A DNA stretch of 64,000 nt from a virus. Lineage: Duplodnaviria; Caudoviricetes. This document shows, piece after piece, positions 9,638 through 18,800 of this stretch (position 1 is its first letter; each line of letters begins with the position of its first letter). The notes beneath the pieces are model-generated. The model did not search any database and was not told the origin of the DNA. It was given only the letters and a program-made list of their open reading frames with translations. A program made the translations under genes and the position numbers. The DNA lies in IMG/VR virus record IMGVR_UViG_3300005838_000623, positions 1-64,000 of that record; one strand, written 5' to 3'.

Positions 9638-9898
9638 TTAAGGGTAAATTACTCCAAACTTATCAGAGTCTTTAGTATTAAACTCCTTTTCAAATTTGTT
9701 TGCTTCTGCCCTTCGTTTGAACATTACTTTCACACCAGCGGCGTAGACAGTGTTATCTACTATATATTCATTTTCACAGTTTTTTTCACACCAAGTTTTT
9801 ACACTTCTGTAAATGCCAACTGCTTTTTTAAACTCGTTGTTTTCTATAATTTCCCCTGTGTCAGCTTCCCATGGGAATGTTGCATGTTTTGTTATCAT
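9638..9898 (-). CDS. Hypothetical protein
   Basis: 86 aa, AGGAG SD, ATGA overlap with upstream gene. Confidence 0.65.
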   Translation of the reverse strand: MITKHATFPWEADTGEIIENNEFKKAVGIYRSVKTWCEKNCENEYIVDNTVYAAGVKVMFKRRAEANKFEKEFNTKDSDKFGVIYP

Positions 9899-10308
9899 TT
9901 TTTCTCCTGTTGTAATTGATAATAATTTTCATCTTTATTGAATTTTACTTTATCAGCAGTAATAATTTCTTTAATAATCCTATGATCCTTGTCTGTAACA
10001 TATACGGGTAAATCTGGATCTAATTCTGTTGCGTGTGTTACTTTAGTATATTTTCTTAAACGGTTATATACGTCATGTTTAATTGGTTCTAACTTACCAT
10101 TAATTATTACCCAATCAGTAATGTGATTAGTGTCTAACCATTTAGAAGGGACTTTAATATGAAGACGGAACTCATCTACATATATGGATGCTTCATATAT
10201 AATGCCGTTATCATGATAATATAAGCAGTAATCTACTTTAGCAACTTCTAATTCTTCCTGTGATTCAATTGCTTCTATTAAATCATCTATTCCTTTAATC
10301 GTGCTCAT
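9895..10308 (-). CDS. Hypothetical protein
   Basis: 137 aa, overlapping neighbours in the operon. Confidence 0.65.
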   Translation of the reverse strand: MSTIKGIDDLIEAIESQEELEVAKVDYCLYYHDNGIIYEASIYVDEFRLHIKVPSKWLDTNHITDWVIINGKLEPIKHDVYNRLRKYTKVTHATELDPDLPVYVTDKDHRIIKEIITADKVKFNKDENYYQLQQEKK

Positions 10309-11158
10309 AGTATTCTATTGTTTTATCTGCTAGGTACTCTTTACACTCTGCACCATGTACTGGATATATTTGCGGCTCTACGCCTAATATTAAACCAACG
10401 TCATCACTATACTCTATATTAATAATATCTTCTATCTCATGTTGCTCTGGCCAACCCAGTATGTTGTTTTTCATATGCACAAATGTTGGGTAGTCTAACA
10501 CATTATTTGTATGTGTATATTCTGCTTCTTGTAACACTAATGCTATTGCTAACGCAACATCAGTAGTAGGCTTTTCATCTCTACAATTTTTTAAACATTC
10601 AGATACTTCATCCCAATTTTTATAAACCCATTTAAGTGCTCTAAACAGTTTTAAACTTTCTTCTCCATAACGGAAGTACATAAACCCACTATAAGTGTTA
10701 GGTAAGTTGTTGATATCAAAGAGTTTTCTGTACTTGCGTGAGTTAGATATAGAACCGTCTAGTTTACGAACATTGGTCGCAATCATTACTTCCTGCTCAC
10801 GCATAAACGTCCACCAATGATCTATATTGCGTGTAAACACAATATCACAATCTAACTTAACTGTCTCTTTAAATGGTGTTATTGACCATGCTTTCCATTC
10901 ATTGCCTAACTTCCATGAGTCATCCTCACTATCATCGCCCCACGGAATGTCTACTACATAGTCAAATACTTTGTAATGCTTTTCTGTTAATTGTTCTTTA
11001 GTTGGTTTATCTACAGCGATGGCAAACTTGTTTATAGTTTGTGTTGCTTTTAGACTTAATCCACAGGCGTATGCTAGTTTTAAATAGTCAGTATCGTTGT
11101 TATTTTGAACAAATGTGAAGTACCCAATTTGTTCATTATGTTCCTTGATTCTTTTCAT
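10295..11158 (-). CDS. Glycosyltransferase-like protein (GT-A, GT8/mannosyltransferase-like)
   Basis: TPFKETVKLDCDIVF DxD motif; YSGFMYF; TTDVALAIA. Confidence 0.7.
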   Translation of the reverse strand: MKRIKEHNEQIGYFTFVQNNNDTDYLKLAYACGLSLKATQTINKFAIAVDKPTKEQLTEKHYKVFDYVVDIPWGDDSEDDSWKLGNEWKAWSITPFKETVKLDCDIVFTRNIDHWWTFMREQEVMIATNVRKLDGSISNSRKYRKLFDINNLPNTYSGFMYFRYGEESLKLFRALKWVYKNWDEVSECLKNCRDEKPTTDVALAIALVLQEAEYTHTNNVLDYPTFVHMKNNILGWPEQHEIEDIINIEYSDDVGLILGVEPQIYPVHGAECKEYLADKTIEYYEHD

Positions 11159-12014
11159 ATGTCACATGCGTTTTTTGATTTGATATAACAGGTTGAAACA
11201 CATAATCTAATATCTCTTTAGCACAATTTATTATACTATGCTTGTTCATAATATGAATATTAGTATTTGTTATATAAGATACTTCTATTTTATTTTTATT
11301 TTCATATTCATATATTACACTAGTATCTGGTTTTACTCTAGTTAATGTGCTTTCTGAAGGGAGAGTAAACAAAGGACTCTGAAAATAACTATTACAGTTT
11401 AATAAATTATATGCAATACTTATAGCATAGTCATTTCTGTATGGGCCACTTCTGAAATTATATAAATTGTAATAATATTGATAGTTATCTCGTACTAACT
11501 TAACAAGATTAAAAAACTCCTTTGCTGTATTATTTTTAGTAAAATATAATACAGTTGCCCATAACATTGGAGTACTACTCCAGTGTAATAGTTTGTCATC
11601 TATAAAACTGTTTTTACCTGTAATGTCATAAACATTATTATGGCATATTAATTCTTGATCAGATTCAAATAGCCATTGCAACGAGTTATTAAACATAAGA
11701 TAATCTACGTCTAATAGTAATGTTTTTTCGTATGGGGTTAAATCATATGCGTGTGGGCGAGTTTTATTGTGCCAAGTAACTTCTTCTGTCTTACCATTAG
11801 GAATTCTAAAAGTGCGGTGGCCACTATCACCTGCCTCAACTATGATAACATCATCAAAAGGATGTCCTTCATCTATATTTTTATCAGTGACTAGGGTTAC
11901 ACCACAATGTGGTAAATGTTTTTTAACTAATAATGTACAGAGCTTAGCTAGTTCTGTATATTTTATTGATTCATTATTGTATGCAAACAATAATATGCCA
12001 TTTTCTGTGGCCAT
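11136..12014 (-). CDS. Glycosyltransferase-like protein (GT-A)
   Basis: TPYEKTLLLDVDYLMF DxD motif; RNDYAISIA; paralogous to 10295-11158. Confidence 0.7.
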   Translation of the reverse strand: MATENGILLFAYNNESIKYTELAKLCTLLVKKHLPHCGVTLVTDKNIDEGHPFDDVIIVEAGDSGHRTFRIPNGKTEEVTWHNKTRPHAYDLTPYEKTLLLDVDYLMFNNSLQWLFESDQELICHNNVYDITGKNSFIDDKLLHWSSTPMLWATVLYFTKNNTAKEFFNLVKLVRDNYQYYYNLYNFRSGPYRNDYAISIAYNLLNCNSYFQSPLFTLPSESTLTRVKPDTSVIYEYENKNKIEVSYITNTNIHIMNKHSIINCAKEILDYVFQPVISNQKTHVTYEKNQGT

Positions 12015-12015
12015 C

Positions 12016-12366
12016 TTATAGCTGCTCGGGCTTTCGTATTCCCCTAATCTTGTTCATTTGTACCATATATTCGTTATTAACTTCATAATATCGTTGCCAT
12101 AATTTTTCACAAAATTCTTGTGAGTTTTCTATTAATATAGGATTATCATATGAATCTAATATTATTGTGGGATTTGCTTTTAAATCTGCTGATTGTGCTA
12201 TTTGTTGGCGTAACGAAAGCATTTCAGCAAATGTAATTAATTCTCTGGTTACTTTAAATAAACCGCTGTTATAGGGGAGGGATAATAAACCTAGAGTGGC
12301 TTCACGCATTGTTGCGTGGGCCACTTTTTGGTTAAACTTCTTTTTAACTGTATCTTTTACACTCAT
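12016..12366 (-). CDS. Hypothetical protein (first gene of GT/radical SAM operon)
   Basis: 116 aa; ATG 7 nt after a perfect -10 box. Confidence 0.7.
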   Translation of the reverse strand: MSVKDTVKKKFNQKVAHATMREATLGLLSLPYNSGLFKVTRELITFAEMLSLRQQIAQSADLKANPTIILDSYDNPILIENSQEFCEKLWQRYYEVNNEYMVQMNKIRGIRKPEQL

Positions 12367-12373
12367 ATATAAT

Positions 12374-12402
12374 ATTATACATGAATTCTTTCATTATGTC
12401 AA
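12374..12402 (-). promoter_or_regulatory. sigma70 consensus promoter
   Basis: Minus strand TTGACA (12402-12397), 17 bp spacer, TATAAT (12379-12374). Confidence 0.8.
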
Positions 12403-12405
12403 CTA

Positions 12406-13320
12406 TTATGTTTGAGCAAAACTACCCACTAATGCATATGCAGGAGCTGCACTCCAACTAGCATTATTTAATTGAGTAGTATTGGGTGTTCTATGCGTAA
12501 TAGTATTAGTTACTGTACCATCGACGGTATCATTAAAGTCATCAGCTGCGGCGTCTGCCCACGTAATTTTCATAGTTACAACTTCGCCAACGTCTGCGTT
12601 ACTACCTTGTACGCCGTTAGATTTAGCTTCTACTAAAATATAACTTGCTGTATAAGGAGTAGTACCTTCAAACTGCTTAAATATTGTTTGATACGATGTT
12701 GTCATATCATAATAACCAATAGTTGTTGCTATGGTGCCTGGTGTTCCAGAACCACCTGACTTGGTTGTGCCCTGTGCGGCAAAAATAATTGTGCCACAAG
12801 CAGTTGCTAAAGCAGTCCATTCTGTGTTTTTAGTGTTACTGGTGCTAGTACTTTTAGCGAATGATAGTCGTGTTGAACCACCCGCATTGTAATAATATCT
12901 TACTGCATCAGCACTTGCAAATGTTAGTGTATATTCATGAATTGTTGTTACTGTCCAACTGCCTGCACCGCTACCAGTACTAGTAGTATCAGTGTAGTTG
13001 CCAGTATCAATATTCAATCTATTCGTGTTAATCAACGCCGTGTTTGCAGTTAATGCTGTAAATGCGCTAATTGTGTCGCCCGCACTGGGTGATGTGATCG
13101 ATGTTAGAGATGTGCCTTGGTGGGCCGCGGCCGTTGTCTCTCTTGCTAATAACGTAGACCATTGCGTGGCAGTTACAGTATCACCAATCGAAACATCAGC
13201 AATTGTGTTAGACTGGCCGTAGCCTTGGTCTCCACTGCCAGTGCCCCAGTTGGTGTTAAAATCTCCGCGAAAACTACTATAATGTGAAGCTAATATAGTA
13301 TCGCCAGTTGAGTATGCCAT
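12406..13320 (-). CDS. Virion structural / fibre-associated protein
   Basis: T/S/G/A-rich, MAYSTGDTI start, AGGAG SD, late promoter upstream. Confidence 0.6.
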   Translation of the reverse strand: MAYSTGDTILASHYSSFRGDFNTNWGTGSGDQGYGQSNTIADVSIGDTVTATQWSTLLARETTAAAHQGTSLTSITSPSAGDTISAFTALTANTALINTNRLNIDTGNYTDTTSTGSGAGSWTVTTIHEYTLTFASADAVRYYYNAGGSTRLSFAKSTSTSNTKNTEWTALATACGTIIFAAQGTTKSGGSGTPGTIATTIGYYDMTTSYQTIFKQFEGTTPYTASYILVEAKSNGVQGSNADVGEVVTMKITWADAAADDFNDTVDGTVTNTITHRTPNTTQLNNASWSAAPAYALVGSFAQT

Positions 13321-13428
13321 ATTCGATTTCTCCTAGGATTTATCTAAATTTAAATATCGTTTATATATAATTTCTCGAGAAATGACTTTATAAAGTCATC
13401 TACACTTATTTAGTATAAATCGTTATAT

Positions 13429-14973
13429 TTAAACAACCCGCACTATGCAATTTACTAGTGTAACATGTGATTCTTCTTTATCAGTATCACTTTCTAAGGC
13501 GCGACCAATAACATTCCAGGAAGTACATTCTTCTTTAGTTGCCTTCCTTGCTGTACCATTACCTGCTGAAACTAATCTATCACCTTTTGTAATTGACCCT
13601 GTTACTTTAACTGGAACACGTCCTGATATTGCTACTGAAACACCATCTTGCTCACTATTCATTAAGTATGCTGGATACGAACTAACAACACCTAACACAT
13701 CTTCTGAAGCATCATTTTCACACATAGTAACTTCTTTTTTGCCACCAATTTGTAATACTGTTCCTGGATCATATGCATAATCTGCTGTAAAGTTTTCTGC
13801 CAAGTCAGCATATTTCGCTTGTGATGATATGCCTGTCATTGTAGCACAATGCATGTTAGCATATGAGTCAATTGTTACATTGCCTGCTGTAGAACCTGTT
13901 TCAGTTGTATTAACTGCGGCCCATTCGTCTGCTGTTTCATCCCAAAAGAAACCAGTATTAGTACTAGAGCCACGCTCTACTATTAGACCAGCATCAAATG
14001 CTGGGGTGCCAGTTACATTTTTAGCAACAACAATTAAAGGATCTTCTACAAGCAAATTATTTGTATTAAGTGTTGTAGTTGTACCACTTACCGTTAAATC
14101 ACCTGCGATAGTTACTGAGTTTGTTGAACCATCAATAGTAACAGAAGTTGCTGGTGAACCACCTTGGTTAATACCAAGTAGTATGTTACCATTACTTGTA
14201 ACATTTTTAATTGTTACATCATTACCAGATACACTCATTGACAAGTCTGAGTCAACACCAACGGTCATACCATTATCGTTGACAACACCTAGTGTTCCAC
14301 TTGTTGTGTCGTTAGCATTTGAACGCAAGTAATTTGCGGCCGCTACGCCACCCAATGCATCTGAGTCTGTTGCTGTGCCTTTGTACTTTGCACCTGAAAC
14401 GTTTGTACTTAAATTGTAGCCTGGACTTACTGTTGTAAATCCTGTAATAGCAACGTTTGGTGTAAAAACAGTATCTTTAGAAACAATTGCTACTAATGAA
14501 TCTGCTACATACATTTTTACTACTGTATGTGATACTGCTCCATTGTCTACTATTGAATCTACTATTGCACCACTAATTACACCACCCGAGTAACTAGGAC
14601 CGATAACGATCCAGGCACTACCATTATATGCTTTAAGCTGATCAGCAGTGGTGTCATACCATAAATCACCTTCTACTGGACTAGCTGGTTGTGTTGCCGA
14701 TGATGTAGTACCACCTGATTCTACCCAGGTTGTTCCATTGTATACTTTGAGTGCAGTATTAGTTGTGTCCCACCAGAGTGTTCCAGCTAGTGGTGTTGAC
14801 GGAGCGGATGAATTTGCAAAATTTTCTAATAATTTTACAAAGTTTTCATTTTGAATTTCACCATAACCGGCATAGTTTTTGCCGATCAGAGTCAAGTTAG
14901 TTGTTGTATCTAACGTGCCATCCGCTACGACCGCCAGAACTGCCCCACTTGTTTTATTTACAGTATATGCCAC
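13429..14973 (-). CDS. Tail fibre/baseplate protein with C-terminal peptidase G2/IMC-like autoproteolytic chaperone domain
   Basis: GTG start with AGGAG SD; LIGKNYAGYGE...ENF; C-terminal AKYADLAE...VAISGRVPVKV...KGDRLVS. Confidence 0.7.
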   Translation of the reverse strand: MAYTVNKTSGAVLAVVADGTLDTTTNLTLIGKNYAGYGEIQNENFVKLLENFANSSAPSTPLAGTLWWDTTNTALKVYNGTTWVESGGTTSSATQPASPVEGDLWYDTTADQLKAYNGSAWIVIGPSYSGGVISGAIVDSIVDNGAVSHTVVKMYVADSLVAIVSKDTVFTPNVAITGFTTVSPGYNLSTNVSGAKYKGTATDSDALGGVAAANYLRSNANDTTSGTLGVVNDNGMTVGVDSDLSMSVSGNDVTIKNVTSNGNILLGINQGGSPATSVTIDGSTNSVTIAGDLTVSGTTTTLNTNNLLVEDPLIVVAKNVTGTPAFDAGLIVERGSSTNTGFFWDETADEWAAVNTTETGSTAGNVTIDSYANMHCATMTGISSQAKYADLAENFTADYAYDPGTVLQIGGKKEVTMCENDASEDVLGVVSSYPAYLMNSEQDGVSVAISGRVPVKVTGSITKGDRLVSAGNGTARKATKEECTSWNVIGRALESDTDKEESHVTLVNCIVRVV

Positions 14974-15137
14974 GCTAATTCTCCTATTTAATCGATTAAA
15001 GTGTATACGGCCATCTCTTGGCCAATTATTGAATGCTTATAGCATAATATACGTATATTATTATTTATACCTAGACTAAAATAAACGCTTTTAAATTACA
15101 GAAAACGCCTATTTTGTTCTAAATCTATTTATGAATA

Positions 15138-15812
15138 TTAAGTAGCACTACTTAAATTTGTGAGTGTTTGAATTCTAACTGTATAATCTATTTGAATTAA
15201 GCGATTAAGTGATTTTTGCACTGGGTGAAATACTACATGTGTTAATAGGTTGCCTGTGGCGATACCACCTACTTCCCAACTTTTTAAACCCAATTCATCA
15301 AAAACATATGCTCCATCTAGTGCTGATGAGTTATCAAATGCTTCTTGCCCGGCTGGCTCTCCATAATCAAGCAAACAAGTTACTAAAATATCTGTATAAA
15401 TTGTGCCACTAGTATGGGTTATTGTCATTTTATTTCTTGTAGGATCTGTATTTGAGGAACTACTTCCATCAACTACTTTATAATAAGTTTTATTATACAA
15501 ATCCGAAGAGGCGCCTGAGTTATTGGCAGGCAAGTAAGTTATGATGCCAGTTGTTGATACTGATGTACCACCATTGCCGAAGTGCATTTCATGTATAAAT
15601 CCAGTAGTTTGGTTGGATATACTGTCTGCTAATGCTTTAGAAAAGTTTTCATAATGAATAGCGTTACGTTGTTCTACAAATACTTCGTCTGTGTCTGGGT
15701 CAAATATCTTAATAAACCCTTCAACATTTACGCCTGGAATTTCGTTAGGTTGCTTTTCTTCCATTTCTTCGTGCTCTTCGCTGGTGTCTTGCTTGATTTC
15801 GTTGTTGTCCAT
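15138..15812 (-). CDS. Baseplate-region structural protein (hypothetical)
   Basis: 224 aa, FDELGL, HPVQKSLNR; late promoter 6 nt upstream of ATG. Confidence 0.6.
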   Translation of the reverse strand: MDNNEIKQDTSEEHEEMEEKQPNEIPGVNVEGFIKIFDPDTDEVFVEQRNAIHYENFSKALADSISNQTTGFIHEMHFGNGGTSVSTTGIITYLPANNSGASSDLYNKTYYKVVDGSSSSNTDPTRNKMTITHTSGTIYTDILVTCLLDYGEPAGQEAFDNSSALDGAYVFDELGLKSWEVGGIATGNLLTHVVFHPVQKSLNRLIQIDYTVRIQTLTNLSSAT

Positions 15813-15829
15813 CTGAAGTATTTATCCTA

Positions 15830-18800
15830 TTATATTACCTTGGGAGTTGATAGCGGTGCCTCTTTAAGGAACGTTACTTGTTTGGATGTTGCCATACCTA
15901 GTCCTAAACTGTTTGTGGCAGTTGATCCGCCTTGATCATACCAAACTTTAGTATGAACATCTGTGCCTGGTATTAATTGTTGTTTACTGCCATCTACTAC
16001 TTCACTTGCTGTAGCATGTGTAGCATGAGCACCTGTGCCCCATGTGCCACGACGTATTCTTTTTAGTTTGTTACCATCTATTTCCCAATATTCTATACGC
16101 TCGCCATTAATGAATATTACACCTGGCGTTGCTGTTGTTGGAACAGGCGTCAATAATTTAGTTGCGTCTGTTACGTTAATTTCTATATCTGTTAAAGCCA
16201 ATGCTGTAGACAATGTTGTTGTGTTTGCTGTTGCAATTCTATAGTAAGATGTTTTGTCAAACATATCCTTCCAAATTCTAAAAGCAATGCCATCTCGTTG
16301 TTCTGCTTTACGCATGCCGGTTACAGTAATCATATCTGTTGCTAATATACTACCAGCTGCTGGAGTCATTACTAAATTAGTACCAGTTATATAATAATCA
16401 TGGTTTGCAATTTGTGGTATGCCATTTAACCATACCCATACATAGTTTATATTTCTTTCTAATACCGATATATCATAAACTGGTGTTGAAATTGATACAC
16501 TAACATCACCTGCATATCCACTAGTATCAAAAATTATTGTATCAAATCTTTCTAAATGTAATAATGTTGCAACTGATGTGCCTTTTATTACAAGTGTTTT
16601 GCCTTTACTGTATCTTTGATTAGAGAATGATTGTACAAATAATTTGTCACCAGTAGTTATTGTTCCAGCAGTAACAGATACACCACTACCATTTTCAAGT
16701 ATAACTTGGTAATCATTTTGGATCCAATATTGACCATTTCTAATCGTAATTCCTATTTCTGCGCCTGTTGCAGGAATATTACCAACAGTAAATGTTATTT
16801 GGTCACGTGCAGGTGATCCACCAGTAAATGTATAATGTGTTGTAAGTGTTTGCAATACACCATCTACATGTACTTGAACATCAGCATCAGTTACTGATCC
16901 ATATGCAATAGTTGGATTAGCTGGACCATCATATACCGCTAATACTCCGTTACCTGTATAGTATTCTGTATCTGGTGGATTTAATCGTGTGTTGTTCAAA
17001 TATACAAATGCTTTTGCGGCATCAGGGCCAAATTCAAAGAAGTTATCCTGGCCATATGTATATGTGTAACTTGCAGGCCATGTTGGACTACCAGGAACTG
17101 TAATTGTTTGTTCTTCACTTTCAACTTTAACAAATGGTCTAATTGCTTCTATTTTGCCATCTGTTACAATAGCAGTTGCGGTTGCTGTGCCTGTAATTGC
17201 AACAGTTGGTGCTGATGTATATCCAGTACCTGCGTTTGTTACAATTAATCCACTTACCTTGCCTTCAGCATTAATAACTGCTGTAGCCGCCGCGTTAGCG
17301 CCGCCACCCCCACTAAATGTTACTGTTGGCGCTGATGTGTAGCCACTACCTGCATTTGTAATTGTTAATCCTGACTTATTAAATGTATGCACTCGTATAC
17401 GATCGTTATTTCCTGGTGCTGAAGCAAATGTTATTTTTGTTTTCTTATAATAACTTGATGCTGTCCATGTCGGAGCGTTTTCTATACCATTTACAGTTAT
17501 GTACAAGTATTGTGCATATTCATATGGTACATTCACAATAAACTGTGTTGTTGAAGTATCACCAATAAAGTCTTGTTTGGTTGATGTAACCGTATCACCA
17601 CCTGTTTCAATTAATACAAAATGTATTAATTGTCCTGCTGGTACAGGAGATACCATTGTTATAATATTCGTCTCCATATCAATAGTATAATTTGTTGTTA
17701 ATTTTTGTAATATTCTATCAATATATATTCCAACACCGGTAACATTTGTGGGTAATTTACCTTTAGAACTAAAATCATAAATTACAGCAGATCCATTACC
17801 TTCAAATGTATACTTTTTAATAGTAACACCAGTGTCTCGTGGTGATGGCATTTCGTATACTTTGATATCTAATGTATCAAATACACGACCAGGTACTTGT
17901 TCTTCTGGTGCGTGTGATGTATATTCTGTTACAAAACCATCACCATCTACAGCAACATTGGCAGGATCAATACCACCACTTGTACTAAAATCACCACCAC
18001 TTAGGTCAGTATCTACGCTTGATATAATTTTTACACCTTCTGGACTTATTTCAAAATCATCAAATTTTGATGAGGCATATGTTGCCCTGTCATAGCCAGG
18101 CTCCATATCAAATGTGGCACCAACTACCTTATTTGCTTTATATTGTAATCCAGAATCTGCTATAACAGCATCATATGTTGGAATGTTTGCTGTTTTATTA
18201 TCCCAGGTTTTTGTACTGCCGGTGCCTGTTTGTCCACCAGAGTAAAATAGTGTTAAGCGATCACTATGCTTTTTAGCGGCCGCTTCATGTGCTGTTTCCA
18301 ACTTATTGTAGGATGAGTATGAAACTGTTGCTGTTGCCGCGGCACTAGTACCACCGCCACCACTAAATGCTACGGTTGGTGCGGCAGTATATCCTGTGCC
18401 TTCTTGTTCTACGACAACTGCTGTTACTGCTCCACCGGAAATAACTGCTTTGGCACTTGCTCCACCACCTGTTGTATCTCCTGCGGCATTTGTTATTGTT
18501 ATCGTAGGTGCTGAGGTGTATCCACTGCCTCCAGCAGTTACGGCAATAGTTGTAACGTGTGATGGTGAATCAACACGATCAAACTTAATTGTTTCTTTAA
18601 TATCTCTTACTTTATAATTTTCTAAATTAACATAACCAGTTGCTCCACTACCACTACCACCTGAGATAATTACCTTCGGGGTAGTTACATATCCGGTACC
18701 AGCTGATGTTACGGTAATAGAATCTACCGTATCTAATCCAGGTGTTTTCATTACAGGAATAGCTGTAGCACCACTACCATCTCTGTGTGTGCCATCTTCT

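Noticed and set aside
17150-18780. Repeated GSGYTSAPTV coding units as a possible CRISPR array or DGR repeat pair
   Set aside because: Degenerate in-frame protein repeats; no spacer structure, reverse transcriptase or adenine-specific variation
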